Part shown: positions 37,490 to 48,401 of the stretch, in pieces
Position numbering within the stretch: the stretch's first letter is position 1
How the letters are laid out: each line of letters opens with the position of its first letter
Assembly: GCF_053078305.1 (NCBI RefSeq)
Contig: NZ_CP166879.1
Length of the DNA: 64,000 nucleotides
Direction: 5' to 3' (one strand)
The notes under the pieces: model-generated
Seen by the model: the letters and a program-made list of their open reading frames with translations, nothing else
The model's database searches: none
Told to the model about the DNA's origin: nothing
Position numbers and translations under genes: made by a program

Positions 37490-39913
37490 ATGTATTCAAG
37501 TAGCAGAAAAAGGTGCCCGCAAACCAAATGGGCTTTGAAAATTCTTACTGCCGCATTTTTAGCAGCGAGTCCCGCGGCGAAGAGTGCCGTTAATAACGCC
37601 TATGATGCATTGATTATTGAAGCTCGCAAGGGAAATACTCAGCCAGTTTTGTTATGGTTTGCACAAAAATCAGCACTCAGTAATAACCAAATTGCTGACT
37701 GGTTACAGATTGCCTTATGGGCCGGGCAAGATAAACAGGTTATTACCGTTTACAACCGCTACCGTTATCAGCAATTACCAGCGCGTGGTTATGCAGCTGT
37801 CGCAGTCGCTTATCGTAACCTGCAACAATGGCAAAACTCGCTTACACTGTGGCAAAAGGCGCTCTCTCTGGAGCCGCAAAATAAGGATTATCAACGGGGA
37901 CAAATTTTAACCCTGGCAGATGCGGGTCACTATGATACTGCGCTGGTTAAACTTAAGCAGCTTAACTCTGGAGCACCGGACAAAGCCAATTTACTCGCAG
38001 AAGCCTATATCTATAAACTGGCAGGGCGTCATCAGGATGAATTACGGGCGATGACAGAGTCATTACCTGAAAATGCATCTACGCAACAATATCCCACAGA
38101 ATACGTGCAGGCATTACGTAATAATCAACTTGCTGCCGCGATTGACGATGCCAATTTAACGCCAGATATTCGCGCTGATATTCATGCCGAACTGGTCAGA
38201 CTGTCGTTTATGCCTACGCGCAGTGAAAGTGAACGTTATGCCATTGCCGATCGCGCCCTCGCCCAATACGCTGCATTAGAAATTCTGTGGCATGATAACC
38301 CTGACCGCACTGCCCAGTACCAGCGTATTCAGATCGATCATCTTGGCGCGTTATTAACTCGCGATCGTTATAAAGACGTTATTTCTCACTATCAGCGTTT
38401 AAAAAAGACGGGGCAAATTATTCCGCCCTGGGCGCAATATTGGGTTGCGTCGGCTTATCTCAAAGAACATCAGCCAAAAAAAGCACAGTCAATAATGACA
38501 GAGCTCTTTTATCACAAGGAGACCATTGCCCCGGATTTATCCGATGAAGAACTTGCGGATCTCTTTTACAGCCACCTGGAGAGTGAAAATTATCCCGGCG
38601 CGCTAACTGTCACCCAACATACCATTAATACTTCGCCGCCTTTCCTTCGGTTAATGGGCACGCCTACGAGCATCCCGAATGATACCTGGTTACAGGGGCA
38701 TTCGTTTCTCTCAACCGTAGCAAAATATAGTAATGATCTTCCTCAGGCTGAAATGACAGCCAGAGAGCTTGCTTATAACGCACCAGGAAATCAGGGACTG
38801 CGCATTGATTACGCGAGTGTGTTACAAGCCCGCGGTTGGCCTCGTGCAGCAGAAAATGAATTAAAAAAAGCAGAAGTGATCGAGCCACGTAATATTAATC
38901 TGGAGGTTGAACAAGCCTGGACAGCATTAACGTTACAAGAATGGCAGCAGGCAGCTGTCTTTACGCACGATGTTGTCGAACGTGAACCGCAATATCCTGG
39001 CGTTGTACGTTTAAAACGTGCGGTTGATGTACATAATCTTGCAGAGCTTCGTATCGCTGGCTCAACAGGAATTGATGCCGAAGGCCCGGATAGTGGTAAA
39101 CATGATGTCGACTTAACCACCATCGTTTATTCACCACCGCTAAATGATAACTGGCGCGGTTTTGCTGGATTCGGTTATGCCGATGGACAATTTAGCGAAG
39201 GAAAAGGGATTGTTCGCGACTGGCTTGCGGGTGTTGAGTGGCGGTCACGTAATATCTGGCTCGAGGCGGAGTACGCTGAACGCTTTTTCAATCATGAGCA
39301 TAAACCCGGCGCGCGCCTTTCTGGCTGGTATGATTTTAATGATAATTGGCGTATTGGTTCGCAACTGGAACGCCTCTCTCACCGCGTTCCATTACGGGCA
39401 ATGAAAAATGGTGTTACAGGCAACAGTGCTCAGGCTTATGTTCGCTGGTATCAAAATGAGCGGCGTAAGTACGGTGTCTCCTGGGCTTTCACTGATTTTT
39501 CCGACAGTAACCAGCGTCATGAAGTCTCAATTGAGGGTCAGGAACGCATCTGGTCTTCACCATATTTGATTGTCGATTTCCTACCCAGTCTGTATTACGA
39601 ACAAAATACAGAACACGATACCCCATACTACAACCCTATAAAAACGTTCGATATTGTTCCGGCATTTGAGGCAAGTCATTTGTTATGGCGAAGCTATGAA
39701 AATAGCTGGGAGCAAATCTTCAGCGCAGGTGTTGGTGCCTCCTGGCAAAAACATTATGGCACGGATGTCGTCACCCAACTCGGCTACGGGCAACGCATTA
39801 GCTGGAATGACGTGATTGATGCTGGCGCAACGCTACGCTGGGAAAAACGACCTTATGACGGTGACAGAGAACACAACTTATACGTTGAATTCGATATGAC
39901 ATTCAGATTTTAA
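37490..39913 (+). CDS. pgaA: PGA export porin PgaA (807 aa)
   Basis: Matches recalled PgaA (MYSSSRKRCP..., TPR-rich N-terminal domain, beta-barrel C-terminus). Confidence 0.9.
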   Translation: MYSSSRKRCPQTKWALKILTAAFLAASPAAKSAVNNAYDALIIEARKGNTQPVLLWFAQKSALSNNQIADWLQIALWAGQDKQVITVYNRYRYQQLPARGYAAVAVAYRNLQQWQNSLTLWQKALSLEPQNKDYQRGQILTLADAGHYDTALVKLKQLNSGAPDKANLLAEAYIYKLAGRHQDELRAMTESLPENASTQQYPTEYVQALRNNQLAAAIDDANLTPDIRADIHAELVRLSFMPTRSESERYAIADRALAQYAALEILWHDNPDRTAQYQRIQIDHLGALLTRDRYKDVISHYQRLKKTGQIIPPWAQYWVASAYLKEHQPKKAQSIMTELFYHKETIAPDLSDEELADLFYSHLESENYPGALTVTQHTINTSPPFLRLMGTPTSIPNDTWLQGHSFLSTVAKYSNDLPQAEMTARELAYNAPGNQGLRIDYASVLQARGWPRAAENELKKAEVIEPRNINLEVEQAWTALTLQEWQQAAVFTHDVVEREPQYPGVVRLKRAVDVHNLAELRIAGSTGIDAEGPDSGKHDVDLTTIVYSPPLNDNWRGFAGFGYADGQFSEGKGIVRDWLAGVEWRSRNIWLEAEYAERFFNHEHKPGARLSGWYDFNDNWRIGSQLERLSHRVPLRAMKNGVTGNSAQAYVRWYQNERRKYGVSWAFTDFSDSNQRHEVSIEGQERIWSSPYLIVDFLPSLYYEQNTEHDTPYYNPIKTFDIVPAFEASHLLWRSYENSWEQIFSAGVGASWQKHYGTDVVTQLGYGQRISWNDVIDAGATLRWEKRPYDGDREHNLYVEFDMTFRF

Positions 39914-39921
39914 GGATAAAT

Positions 39922-41940
39922 ATGTTACGTAATGGAAATAAATATCTCCTGATGCTGGTGAGTATAATTATGCTCACTGCGTGCATTAGCCAGTCAAAAA
40001 CATCATTTATACCGCCACAGGATCGCGAGTCTTTACTCGCCGAGCAACCGTGGCCGCATAATGGTTTTGTGGCGATTTCATGGCATAACGTTGAAGACGA
40101 AGCTGCCGACCAGCGTTTTATGTCAGTGCGGACATCAGCACTGCGTGAACAATTTGCCTGGCTGCGCGAGAACGGTTATCAACCGGTCAGTATTGCTCAA
40201 ATTCGTGAAGCACATCGAGGAGGAAAACCGCTACCGGAAAAAGCAGTAGTGCTGACTTTTGATGATGGCTACCAGAGTTTTTATACCCGCGTCTTCCCAA
40301 TTCTTCAGGCCTTCCAGTGGCCTGCTGTATGGGCCCCCGTCGGCAGTTGGGTCGATACGCCAGCGGATAAACAAGTAAAATTTGGCGATGAGATGGTCGA
40401 TCGAGAATATTTTGCCACGTGGCAACAAGTGCGAGAAGTTGCGCGTTCCCCGCTCGTTGAGGTCTCTTCTCATACATGGAATTCTCACTACGGTATTCAG
40501 GCTAATGCCACCGGCAGCTTATTGCCTGTATATGTAAATCGTGCATATTTTACTGACCACGCACGGTATGAAACCGCAGCAGAATACCGGGAAAGAATTC
40601 GTCTGGATGCTGTAAAAATGACGGAATACCTGCGTACAAAGGCTAAGGTAAATCCACACGTTTTTGTTTGGCCTTATGGCGAAGCGAATGGCATAGCGAT
40701 AGAGGAATTAAAAAAACTCGGTTATGACATGTTCTTCACCCTTGAATCAGGTTTGGCAAATGCGTCGCAATTGGATTCCATTCCGCGAGTATTAATCGCC
40801 AATAATCCCTCATTAAAAGAGTTTGCCCAGAAAATTATTACCGTACAGGAAAAATCACCACAACGGATAATGCATATCGATCTTGATTACGTTTATGACG
40901 AAAACCGCCAGCAAATGGATCGCAATATTGATGTGCTAATTCAGCGGGTGAAAGATATGCAAATATCAACCGTGTATTTGCAGGCATTTGCTGATCCCGA
41001 TGGTGATGGGCTGGTCAAAGAGGTCTGGTTTCCAAATCGTTTGCTACCAATGAAAGCAGATATTTTTAGTCGGGTTGCCTGGCAATTACGTACCCGCTCA
41101 GGTGTAAACATCTATGCGTGGATGCCGGTATTAAGCTGGGATTTAGATCCCACATTAACGCGAGTAAAATACTTACCAACAGGAGAGAAAAAAGCACAAA
41201 TTCATCCTGAACAATATCGCCGTCTCTCTCCTTTTGATGACAGGGTCAGAGCACAAGTTGGCATGTTATATGAAGATCTTGCCGGACATGCTGCTTTTGA
41301 TGGCCTATTGTTCCACGATGATGCTTTGCTTTCAGATTATGAAGATGCCAGTGCACCGGCTATCGCGGCTTATCAGCAAGCAGGCTTTAGCGGGAGTCTG
41401 AGCGAAATTCGACAAAACCCGGAGCAATTTAAACAGTGGACCCGCTTTAAAAGTCGTGCGTTAACTGACTTCACTTTAGAACTTAGTGCGCGCGTAAAAG
41501 CCATTCGTGGTCCACATGTTAAAACTGCACGAAATATTTTTGCACTTCCGGTAACACAACCTGAAAGTGAAGCCTGGTTTGCACAGAATTATGCTGATTT
41601 CCTAAAAAGCTATGACTGGACTGCTATTATGGCTATGCCTTATATGGAAGGTGTCGCAGAAAAATCGGCTGATCAATGGTTAATACAACTGACCAATCAG
41701 ATTAAAAGCATCCCTCAGGCTAAAGACAAATCTATTTTAGAATTACAGGCACAAAACTGGCAGAAAAATGGTCAGCATCAGGCTATTTCTTCGCAACAAC
41801 TCGCTCACTGGATGAGCCTATTACAACTGAATGGAGTGAAAAACTATGGTTATTATCCCGACAATTTTCTGCATAACCAACCTGAAATAGACGTTATTCG
41901 TCCTGAGTTTTCAACAGCCTGGTATCCGAAAAATGATTAA
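39922..41940 (+). CDS. pgaB: Poly-beta-1,6-N-acetylglucosamine N-deacetylase PgaB (672 aa)
   Basis: Lipoprotein signal (LTAC), polysaccharide deacetylase motifs (TFDDGY), size and synteny. Confidence 0.9.
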   Translation: MLRNGNKYLLMLVSIIMLTACISQSKTSFIPPQDRESLLAEQPWPHNGFVAISWHNVEDEAADQRFMSVRTSALREQFAWLRENGYQPVSIAQIREAHRGGKPLPEKAVVLTFDDGYQSFYTRVFPILQAFQWPAVWAPVGSWVDTPADKQVKFGDEMVDREYFATWQQVREVARSPLVEVSSHTWNSHYGIQANATGSLLPVYVNRAYFTDHARYETAAEYRERIRLDAVKMTEYLRTKAKVNPHVFVWPYGEANGIAIEELKKLGYDMFFTLESGLANASQLDSIPRVLIANNPSLKEFAQKIITVQEKSPQRIMHIDLDYVYDENRQQMDRNIDVLIQRVKDMQISTVYLQAFADPDGDGLVKEVWFPNRLLPMKADIFSRVAWQLRTRSGVNIYAWMPVLSWDLDPTLTRVKYLPTGEKKAQIHPEQYRRLSPFDDRVRAQVGMLYEDLAGHAAFDGLLFHDDALLSDYEDASAPAIAAYQQAGFSGSLSEIRQNPEQFKQWTRFKSRALTDFTLELSARVKAIRGPHVKTARNIFALPVTQPESEAWFAQNYADFLKSYDWTAIMAMPYMEGVAEKSADQWLIQLTNQIKSIPQAKDKSILELQAQNWQKNGQHQAISSQQLAHWMSLLQLNGVKNYGYYPDNFLHNQPEIDVIRPEFSTAWYPKND

Positions 41941-43258
41941 TCGCATCGTATCGTTTTTTATATTATGTCTGGTGTTATGCATACCCCTATGCGTAGCGTA
42001 CTTTCACTCTGGTGAACTGATGATGAGGTTCGTTTTCTTCTGGCCGTTTTTTATGTCCATTATGTGGATTGTTGGCGGCGTCTATTTCTGGGTCTATCGT
42101 GAACGCCACTGGCCGTGGGGAGAAAACGCACCAGCTCCCCAGTTGAAAGATAATCCGTCTATCTCCATTATCATTCCCTGTTTTAATGAGGAGAAAAACG
42201 TTGAGGAAACCATACACGCCGCTTTAGCACAGCGTTATGAGAACATTGAAGTTATTGCCGTAAATGACGGTTCAACAGATAAAACCCGTGCCATCCTGGA
42301 TCGCATGGCTGCACAAATTCCCCATTTGCGGGTCATTCATCTGGCGCAAAACCAGGGGAAAGCCATTGCGCTTAAAACCGGAGCTGCCGCGGCGAAAAGT
42401 GAATATCTGGTGTGCATTGATGGCGACGCGTTATTAGACCGCGATGCGGCGGCATATATTGTGGAACCGATGTTGTACAACCCGCGTGTGGGTGCCGTAA
42501 CCGGTAATCCTCGTATTCGCACACGTTCTACCCTGGTGGGTAAAATTCAGGTTGGCGAGTATTCCTCAATTATTGGTTTGATCAAGCGAACCCAGCGTAT
42601 CTATGGAAACGTATTTACCGTTTCCGGTGTTATTGCCGCATTTCGTCGCAGCGCCATGGCAGAAGTGGGTTACTGGAGTGACGATATGATCACCGAAGAT
42701 ATTGATATTAGCTGGAAGCTGCAGTTGAATCAGTGGACGATTTTTTACGAGCCTCGGGCGCTGTGCTGGATATTAATGCCTGAAACGTTAAAAGGGCTGT
42801 GGAAACAGCGCCTGCGCTGGGCTCAGGGCGGTGCAGAAGTATTCCTCAAAAATATGACAAGGCTATGGCGCAAAGAAAACTTTCGAATGTGGCCACTGTT
42901 TTTTGAATACTGCCTGACGACAATATGGGCCTTCACCTGCCTGGTCGGTTTCATTATTTACGCAGTCCAACTTGCCGGTGTACCGTTAAATATTGAATTG
43001 ACACTTATCGCTGCGACACATACTGCCGGAATATTATTGTGTACGTTATGTTTACTGCAATTTATTGTCAGCCTGATGATCGAGAATCGCTATGAGCATA
43101 ATCTGACTTCATCGCTTTTCTGGATTATTTGGTTCCCGGTTATTTTCTGGATGCTGAGCCTGGCAACGACATTGGTATCATTTACACGAGTCATGTTGAT
43201 GCCTAAAAAGCAACGCGCCCGTTGGGTAAGTCCCGATCGCGGGATTCTGAGAGGTTAA
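41933..43258 (+). CDS. pgaC: PGA synthase glycosyltransferase PgaC (441 aa)
   Basis: GT2 family motifs ([18 protein letters not shown]), multi-TM; overlaps pgaB by 8 nt. Confidence 0.9.
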
Positions 43259-43259
43259 T

Positions 43260-43673
43260 ATGAACAATTTAATTATTACGACCCGACAATCGCCAGTACG
43301 TTTACTGGTTGATTATGTTGCCACAACCATCTTGTGGACATTATTTGCTTTGTTCATATTCTTATTCGCCATGGATCTGCTGACGGGTTATTACTGGCAA
43401 AGCGAGGCCCGAAGCCGACTTCAGTTCTATTTTTTGCTGGCAGTGGCGAATGCCGTCGTGTTAATTGTCTGGGCGCTGTACAATAAGCTGCGTTTTCAAA
43501 AACAGCAGCATCATGCAGCCTACCAATATACGCCGCAAGAATATGCAGAGAGCTTAGCAATACCTGATGAGCTCTATCAGCAACTACAAAAAAGCCACAG
43601 GATGAGCGTACACTTCACCAGCCAGGGGCAAATAAAAATGGTGGTTTCAGAAAAAGCGCTAGTCCGGGCATAA
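43260..43673 (+). CDS. pgaD: PGA synthase subunit PgaD (137 aa)
   Basis: Small two-TM protein immediately after pgaC; matches recalled PgaD. Confidence 0.85.
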
Positions 43674-43686
43674 ACACCCAAAACAA

Positions 43687-43705
43687 AGCCCGGTTCGCCC
43701 GGGCT
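43687..43705. terminator. Hairpin between convergent pgaD and phoH (agcccgg-ttcgc-ccgggct), likely terminator mainly for phoH
   Basis: 7-bp GC-rich stem read directly; the T-rich flank is on the minus-strand side. Confidence 0.5.
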
Positions 43706-43722
43706 CTGCACCGATAATACAC

Positions 43723-44787
43723 TTAACTGTATGCATGCAGCGTACGTTGGCAAAGTGCCGAACGTACGCAATCCTCTTTACCGAACCGGACGATCCCGAC
43801 CATTTCATCTTCTTCGAAACGTTCCAGCGCGTCACTTAATCCGGAGCACACGCCGCGAGGCAAATCGCATTGCGTGATATCACCGTTGACGATAACCGTC
43901 ACGTTCTCCCCGAGGCGGGTTAAAAACATTTTCATTTGCGCGGCAGTCACATTCTGCGCCTCGTCAAGAATGACGACTGCATTTTCAAAGGTACGTCCAC
44001 GCATATAGGCGAACGGCGCAATTTCCACCTTCCCTATTTCCGGTCGCAGGCAGTACTGCATAAAGGAAGCCCCTAAGCGCCGGACCAGCACGTCGTAGAC
44101 CGGGCGAAAATAGGGAGCAAACTTTTCTGCGATATCTCCAGGTAAGAAGCCAAGATCTTCATCGGCTTGCAGAACTGGACGGGTGACGATAATCCTGTCG
44201 ACATCCTTATGTATCAGGGCCTCTGCCGCTTTTGCTGCGCTGATCCAGGTTTTTCCGCACCCGGCTTCGCCCGTGGCGAATATCAGCTGCTTACTCTCAA
44301 TAGCCTTCAGATAGTGCAATTGCGCTTCATTTCGCGCGAGGATGGGCGAGGTATCGCGACTGTCGCGGGCCATACCAATGGCTTCTACGCCGCTCATCTG
44401 CACAAGCGAGGTGACCGATTCTTCTTCACGCTGCTTATGGCTGCGCGAATCCCGTCTCAGCACACGTTTTGCCTCGCGACGAGCTTTGATCACTGCTTTT
44501 TGTCTTCCCATGGAGAGCACCTTGAGTTGTTTGTATTCATCACACGCGCCGTTGGCAGCGCGATTATGCGCACGAACATCAGAGGGTTGGCTTCCTTGTA
44601 AGCCATAGTTTGCTTTTGGATAAAATGCCGAAAAACGGCTACGCGCACCGTTTACGGCGTCGGTAACACATGAAAAGAAAGGATGAGGTTGAAAATGCAA
44701 AGTGACGAGATGACTACCGGAGGAGAAAACTCCGCGAGTGGTGGCGCGTTGATTATCTAAAACATGTCCAGTACAGGACGTTACCAT
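43723..44787 (-). CDS. phoH: PhoH, phosphate-starvation-inducible ATPase (354 aa)
   Basis: Walker A GEAGCGKT, PhoH-family core; synteny between pga and efe operons. Confidence 0.85.
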   Translation of the reverse strand: MVTSCTGHVLDNQRATTRGVFSSGSHLVTLHFQPHPFFSCVTDAVNGARSRFSAFYPKANYGLQGSQPSDVRAHNRAANGACDEYKQLKVLSMGRQKAVIKARREAKRVLRRDSRSHKQREEESVTSLVQMSGVEAIGMARDSRDTSPILARNEAQLHYLKAIESKQLIFATGEAGCGKTWISAAKAAEALIHKDVDRIIVTRPVLQADEDLGFLPGDIAEKFAPYFRPVYDVLVRRLGASFMQYCLRPEIGKVEIAPFAYMRGRTFENAVVILDEAQNVTAAQMKMFLTRLGENVTVIVNGDITQCDLPRGVCSGLSDALERFEEDEMVGIVRFGKEDCVRSALCQRTLHAYS

Positions 44788-44936
44788 CCGCGATCTCCAT
44801 AGTGACTGACTATCACTGCCGGGAACTTCCGCTGCTACTTAATAAGTACAACAGATCTCGCATTCATTGCAACAATATATTCACTTATATTTAACTATAA
44901 AACACCATTTTAGTGACATTAGTTTCTACTGGAAAG

Positions 44937-44954
44937 ATGACAGAGTGATGACAG
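44937..44954 (-). promoter_or_regulatory. Candidate Pho box (two CTGTCAT direct repeats 11 bp apart on the minus strand) upstream of phoH
   Basis: Plus strand reads atgacagagtgatgacag = reverse complement CTGTCATCACTCTGTCAT; resembles the PhoB consensus CTGTCATA(A/T)A(T/A)CTGTCA(C/T). Confidence 0.55.
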
Positions 44955-45031
44955 TGATGAAAAAAGCTGTGTGCTTTCAGCAGGATTCACATCAGGCATC
45001 TGCGCACAAATGCCTTATCCGCCTAAAAACA

Positions 45032-46303
45032 TTAAACCCGCAATAATGCGCTTCCGAGATAATCGTTCGCGTCCTTCACTCCCGGCAGCGCAAAAAAATA
45101 GCCGCCGCCGATAGGTTTAACGTATTCCTCCAGCGCTTCGCCATTGAGCCTTTTTTGTACTGTCAGGAAGCCTTTTTCCAGATCGTGCTGGTAGCAGACA
45201 AACAGTAGCCCCATATCCAGTTGTCCGGAGTTGGTGACGCCCAGTGAATAACTGTAGCCACGACGCAGCATCAGGCTGGACTCACTCTCCGCCGTGCGGG
45301 GATTCGCCAGCCGGATATGGCTGTCCAGCGCGATCACCTTCCCTTCCGGGTCGCTGGCGTAATCAGGCACATCATGCTCATGCTGCATTCCCAGCGGCGC
45401 ACCGGTTTGCTTATCACGGCCAAAAATCGTCTGCTGTTCTTTCAGCGGCGTTCTGTCCCAAAATTCCACTCGAAACTGAATCAAGCGTACTGCCTGATAG
45501 CTGCCACCGATTGTCCACGCAGGCTCCTGCTGATCTGCCGTTACCCACACCACTTTTTGCATCAACTTATCATTCTGGCTATCGGGATTGGCTGTGCCGT
45601 CTTTGAAACCCAGCAAATTAATCGGCGTCTCTTTGCCTTTACTACGCGCTGCGTGATCGGAAATAAACCCTTCCCGCTTCCAGCGCACACTGAGCAAATC
45701 CGGCGTGTGTTTGATGATATCGCGCAGTGCATGGATCACCGTGTCCTGGGTGTTGGCGCAAATCTGTAGCAACACATCACCATGACATAACGCCGTATCC
45801 AGCGAGTCGTTGGGGAAACGCGTCATCTTCTGCAGCTTTTTTGGCATCTGTGGCGCAAGGCCAAAGCGCTCATCAAACAATGAGTGACCCACCGATAACG
45901 TGATGGTGAGATTATCGGGCGCAATGTAGCCGCCAAGAATGCCGGAATCGAGTGGTGGCAGGCGCGGATTTGGCGTTTCTGGTGCTGCTCCGCCCTGAGT
46001 CAGAAAAGCAAAACGCTGAGTCAACAAGCGAAACAACCGCTCAAGATCGGCTTTATCGCTGGCAAGCACATCAAACGCCACCAGCATCATTGCGGCCTGT
46101 TGTGGCGTCAGGATCCCTGCCTGATGCTCACCATAAAACGGCTGTTTCTCATTGCGTGCATCCGGTGAAAGCGTGCCCGGTGCACTTTGCGTTTTTTGTG
46201 CATGAGCGACCGGACAACTTCCCGCCAGCGCCAGCGCACCAATTCCTTTCAGTAAACGTCGGCGTGACAGTTCATTCACGCCGTTTTCATCTTCATACTG
46301 CAT
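45032..46303 (-). CDS. efeB: Dye-decolorizing-type heme peroxidase EfeB (423 aa, Tat signal)
   Basis: Twin-arginine signal (SRRRLLKG), DyP-family core; synteny. Confidence 0.85.
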   Translation of the reverse strand: MQYEDENGVNELSRRRLLKGIGALALAGSCPVAHAQKTQSAPGTLSPDARNEKQPFYGEHQAGILTPQQAAMMLVAFDVLASDKADLERLFRLLTQRFAFLTQGGAAPETPNPRLPPLDSGILGGYIAPDNLTITLSVGHSLFDERFGLAPQMPKKLQKMTRFPNDSLDTALCHGDVLLQICANTQDTVIHALRDIIKHTPDLLSVRWKREGFISDHAARSKGKETPINLLGFKDGTANPDSQNDKLMQKVVWVTADQQEPAWTIGGSYQAVRLIQFRVEFWDRTPLKEQQTIFGRDKQTGAPLGMQHEHDVPDYASDPEGKVIALDSHIRLANPRTAESESSLMLRRGYSYSLGVTNSGQLDMGLLFVCYQHDLEKGFLTVQKRLNGEALEEYVKPIGGGYFFALPGVKDANDYLGSALLRV

Positions 46304-46308
46304 AACGC

Positions 46309-47436
46309 TTAATCCAGTCCCAGCACACCGCGAAGTTGCGCCAGATCTTCCGCCAGCGCAGTAATCGGCCCTTTCAGCGCGTTCCGGTCGGCCTCGGTCA
46401 ATTTGTCGTAGGTTTCAAAACCGTCTTTAGTACGGTATTTCGCCAGAATGGTATCGACCTTTTTAAAGTTGGCATCGACTTTTGCCAGCAGTTCCGGGTT
46501 GGCTTTTTGCAGTTGTGGACGCAGCAGATCGACAATTTTCTGCGAGCCTTCAACGTTAGCCTGGAAATCCCACAGATCGGTGTGGCTGTAGCGATCTTCT
46601 TCACCGCTGATTTTGCTGGCCGCCACTTCCTCAATCAGTCCGGCTGCACCGCCAACCACTTTTGAAGGTGGGAAAGCCAGTTCACTGATGCGTTTTTGTA
46701 AATCGACCACATCGGTATAAAGCTGCTCAGCGTACTGATCCATTCCTTTGGTGGTGTTGTCGCCAAACAATGCTTTTTCCAGACGGTGGAAACCGGTGAA
46801 TTTTGGATCAGCGGCTTTTTGCTCGTAATCATCTTCACGGGCGTCAATGCTGCCATCCAGATCGGAGAACAGTTCAGCAATCGGTTCAATGCGCTCATAG
46901 TGCTGGCGCGTCGGCGCATACAGTGCTTTCGCTTTTTCGATATCGCCTGCTTTAATCGCGTCGGTAAAGGCTTTGGTGTCGGTCACCAGCTGTGTGGTTT
47001 CCGCCATGACATACGCTTTATATGCAGTAATTGCACCACCAAGACTTAACAGCGCATCACTTTGCGCCGCATCCGCCGTTGCCTCACCTTTGACAATCAA
47101 CTTCCCTTTCGGGTTAGTCAGCAGACCGCAGGTCATATCGTATTCGCCAGGCTGTAAATTCGCCGTCATTTTCTGGCTAAAACCAGGGGCGATATTTTCC
47201 CGCTCTTCCACCACCATCACGCCTTTGAGGATCTCCCACTCCAGCGCCTTCTGGCTATGGTTCTGAATAATGAACTGTGTTTTCCCGGCGTTAACCGTAA
47301 TGGTCATCGGTTCGCACTGTTTATCCGTCACGGTCACTTTGACTTGCGGAATATCAGCGGCGTTAGCCATAAAAGCAGAAGAGAACAGCGCAGCCACGCT
47401 CAACTGCAATGCGTTACGGCGGAAGTTAATGGTCAT
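46309..47436 (-). CDS. efeO: Periplasmic iron-binding protein EfeO (375 aa; ORF track extends 13 codons upstream)
   Basis: Signal peptide, cupredoxin-like N-terminal and M75 peptidase-like C-terminal regions; matches recalled EfeO. Confidence 0.85.
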   Translation of the reverse strand: MTINFRRNALQLSVAALFSSAFMANAADIPQVKVTVTDKQCEPMTITVNAGKTQFIIQNHSQKALEWEILKGVMVVEERENIAPGFSQKMTANLQPGEYDMTCGLLTNPKGKLIVKGEATADAAQSDALLSLGGAITAYKAYVMAETTQLVTDTKAFTDAIKAGDIEKAKALYAPTRQHYERIEPIAELFSDLDGSIDAREDDYEQKAADPKFTGFHRLEKALFGDNTTKGMDQYAEQLYTDVVDLQKRISELAFPPSKVVGGAAGLIEEVAASKISGEEDRYSHTDLWDFQANVEGSQKIVDLLRPQLQKANPELLAKVDANFKKVDTILAKYRTKDGFETYDKLTEADRNALKGPITALAEDLAQLRGVLGLD

Positions 47437-47493
47437 GACGAGACTATCCCTTTTAAGTATGTTGTAACTAAGCAAGAGTTTGCGTCGTATTTG

Positions 47494-48324
47494 CTACGCG
47501 GAGCGAGACGCTGTCGCCCCTGCACGTGGTGGCAGAGCAAACGCCACCAGCGCCGGGATGAGATAAATAAACCAGACGGCGACTTCGCTGACGCTCGGCG
47601 CTTCCTGATAACCAAAAATACCTTCCATTAGCGTGCCGAACAGCGAGTGAGTTGAGAGCACCGCGCTCATATCAAAGGCGATTTCCTGAAAGTGGTTCCA
47701 CAATCCGGCTTCATGAAATGCGCGAATGGCACCTGCAGCCAGCCCTGCGGCGACGAAGAGAATAAACAGGCTGGTCCATTTAAAAAATGCACCAAGATTG
47801 AGGCGAATACCGCCCCAGTAGAGCAGGAAGCCGAGCACCACGGCAGTAGCAAGACCGAGCATTGCACCCAGCGGCGGCCAGATCCCGACATCTTGTTGAA
47901 ATGCCGCCAGCAGGAAAAATACCGACTCCAGCCCTTCCCTTGCAACGGCAAAAAAGACCATCATCACCAGCGCCCAGCCATGATGATTTCCACGCTGCAA
48001 TGCGCTATCGACCGCCTGCTCCAGTTGCACTTTGACGTTGCGCGACACTTTGCGCATCCAGAAAACCATCCAGGTAAGGATCACCACGGCGATCACCGCC
48101 ACGATACCTTCAAACAGTTCCTGTTCTTTTTGCGGAAATTCGCCGGTGGTTTCGTTAATGAAGATACCCAAGCCCAGGCACAACGCAGCGGCAAACAACA
48201 CGCCAATCCACATCACACCAATCCATCGGCCTCGCTGGGTACGCTTAAGATAGCTGGCAATCAAACTGACAATCAGCGCGGCTTCAAGCCCTTCGCGCAA
48301 CATAATGAGAAATGGAACAAACAT
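47494..48324 (-). CDS. efeU: Ferrous iron permease EfeU (276 aa), apparently intact
   Basis: FTR1-family permease with two REGLE motifs (MLREGLEAAL, AVAREGLESVF) in one uninterrupted frame. Confidence 0.85.
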   Translation of the reverse strand: MFVPFLIMLREGLEAALIVSLIASYLKRTQRGRWIGVMWIGVLFAAALCLGLGIFINETTGEFPQKEQELFEGIVAVIAVVILTWMVFWMRKVSRNVKVQLEQAVDSALQRGNHHGWALVMMVFFAVAREGLESVFFLLAAFQQDVGIWPPLGAMLGLATAVVLGFLLYWGGIRLNLGAFFKWTSLFILFVAAGLAAGAIRAFHEAGLWNHFQEIAFDMSAVLSTHSLFGTLMEGIFGYQEAPSVSEVAVWFIYLIPALVAFALPPRAGATASRSA

Positions 48325-48383
48325 GCCACCCACCCTTAAACGTTTTTCTGAGTCAATCTATGCAAAGAAAAGTAAATCGCAGT

Positions 48384-48401
48384 GATAGCGATTATCATTA
48401 C
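48384..48401. promoter_or_regulatory. Candidate Fur box upstream of efeU (GATAGCGATTATCATTAC)
   Basis: Resembles Fur consensus GATAATGATAATCATTATC; lies 60-77 bp upstream of the efeU start codon. Confidence 0.5.

Noticed and set aside
47692-48339. 215-aa plus-strand ORF antisense to efeU
   Set aside because: Overlaps the intact efeU reading frame, which carries the conserved REGLE motifs; the antisense frame has no recognisable features.
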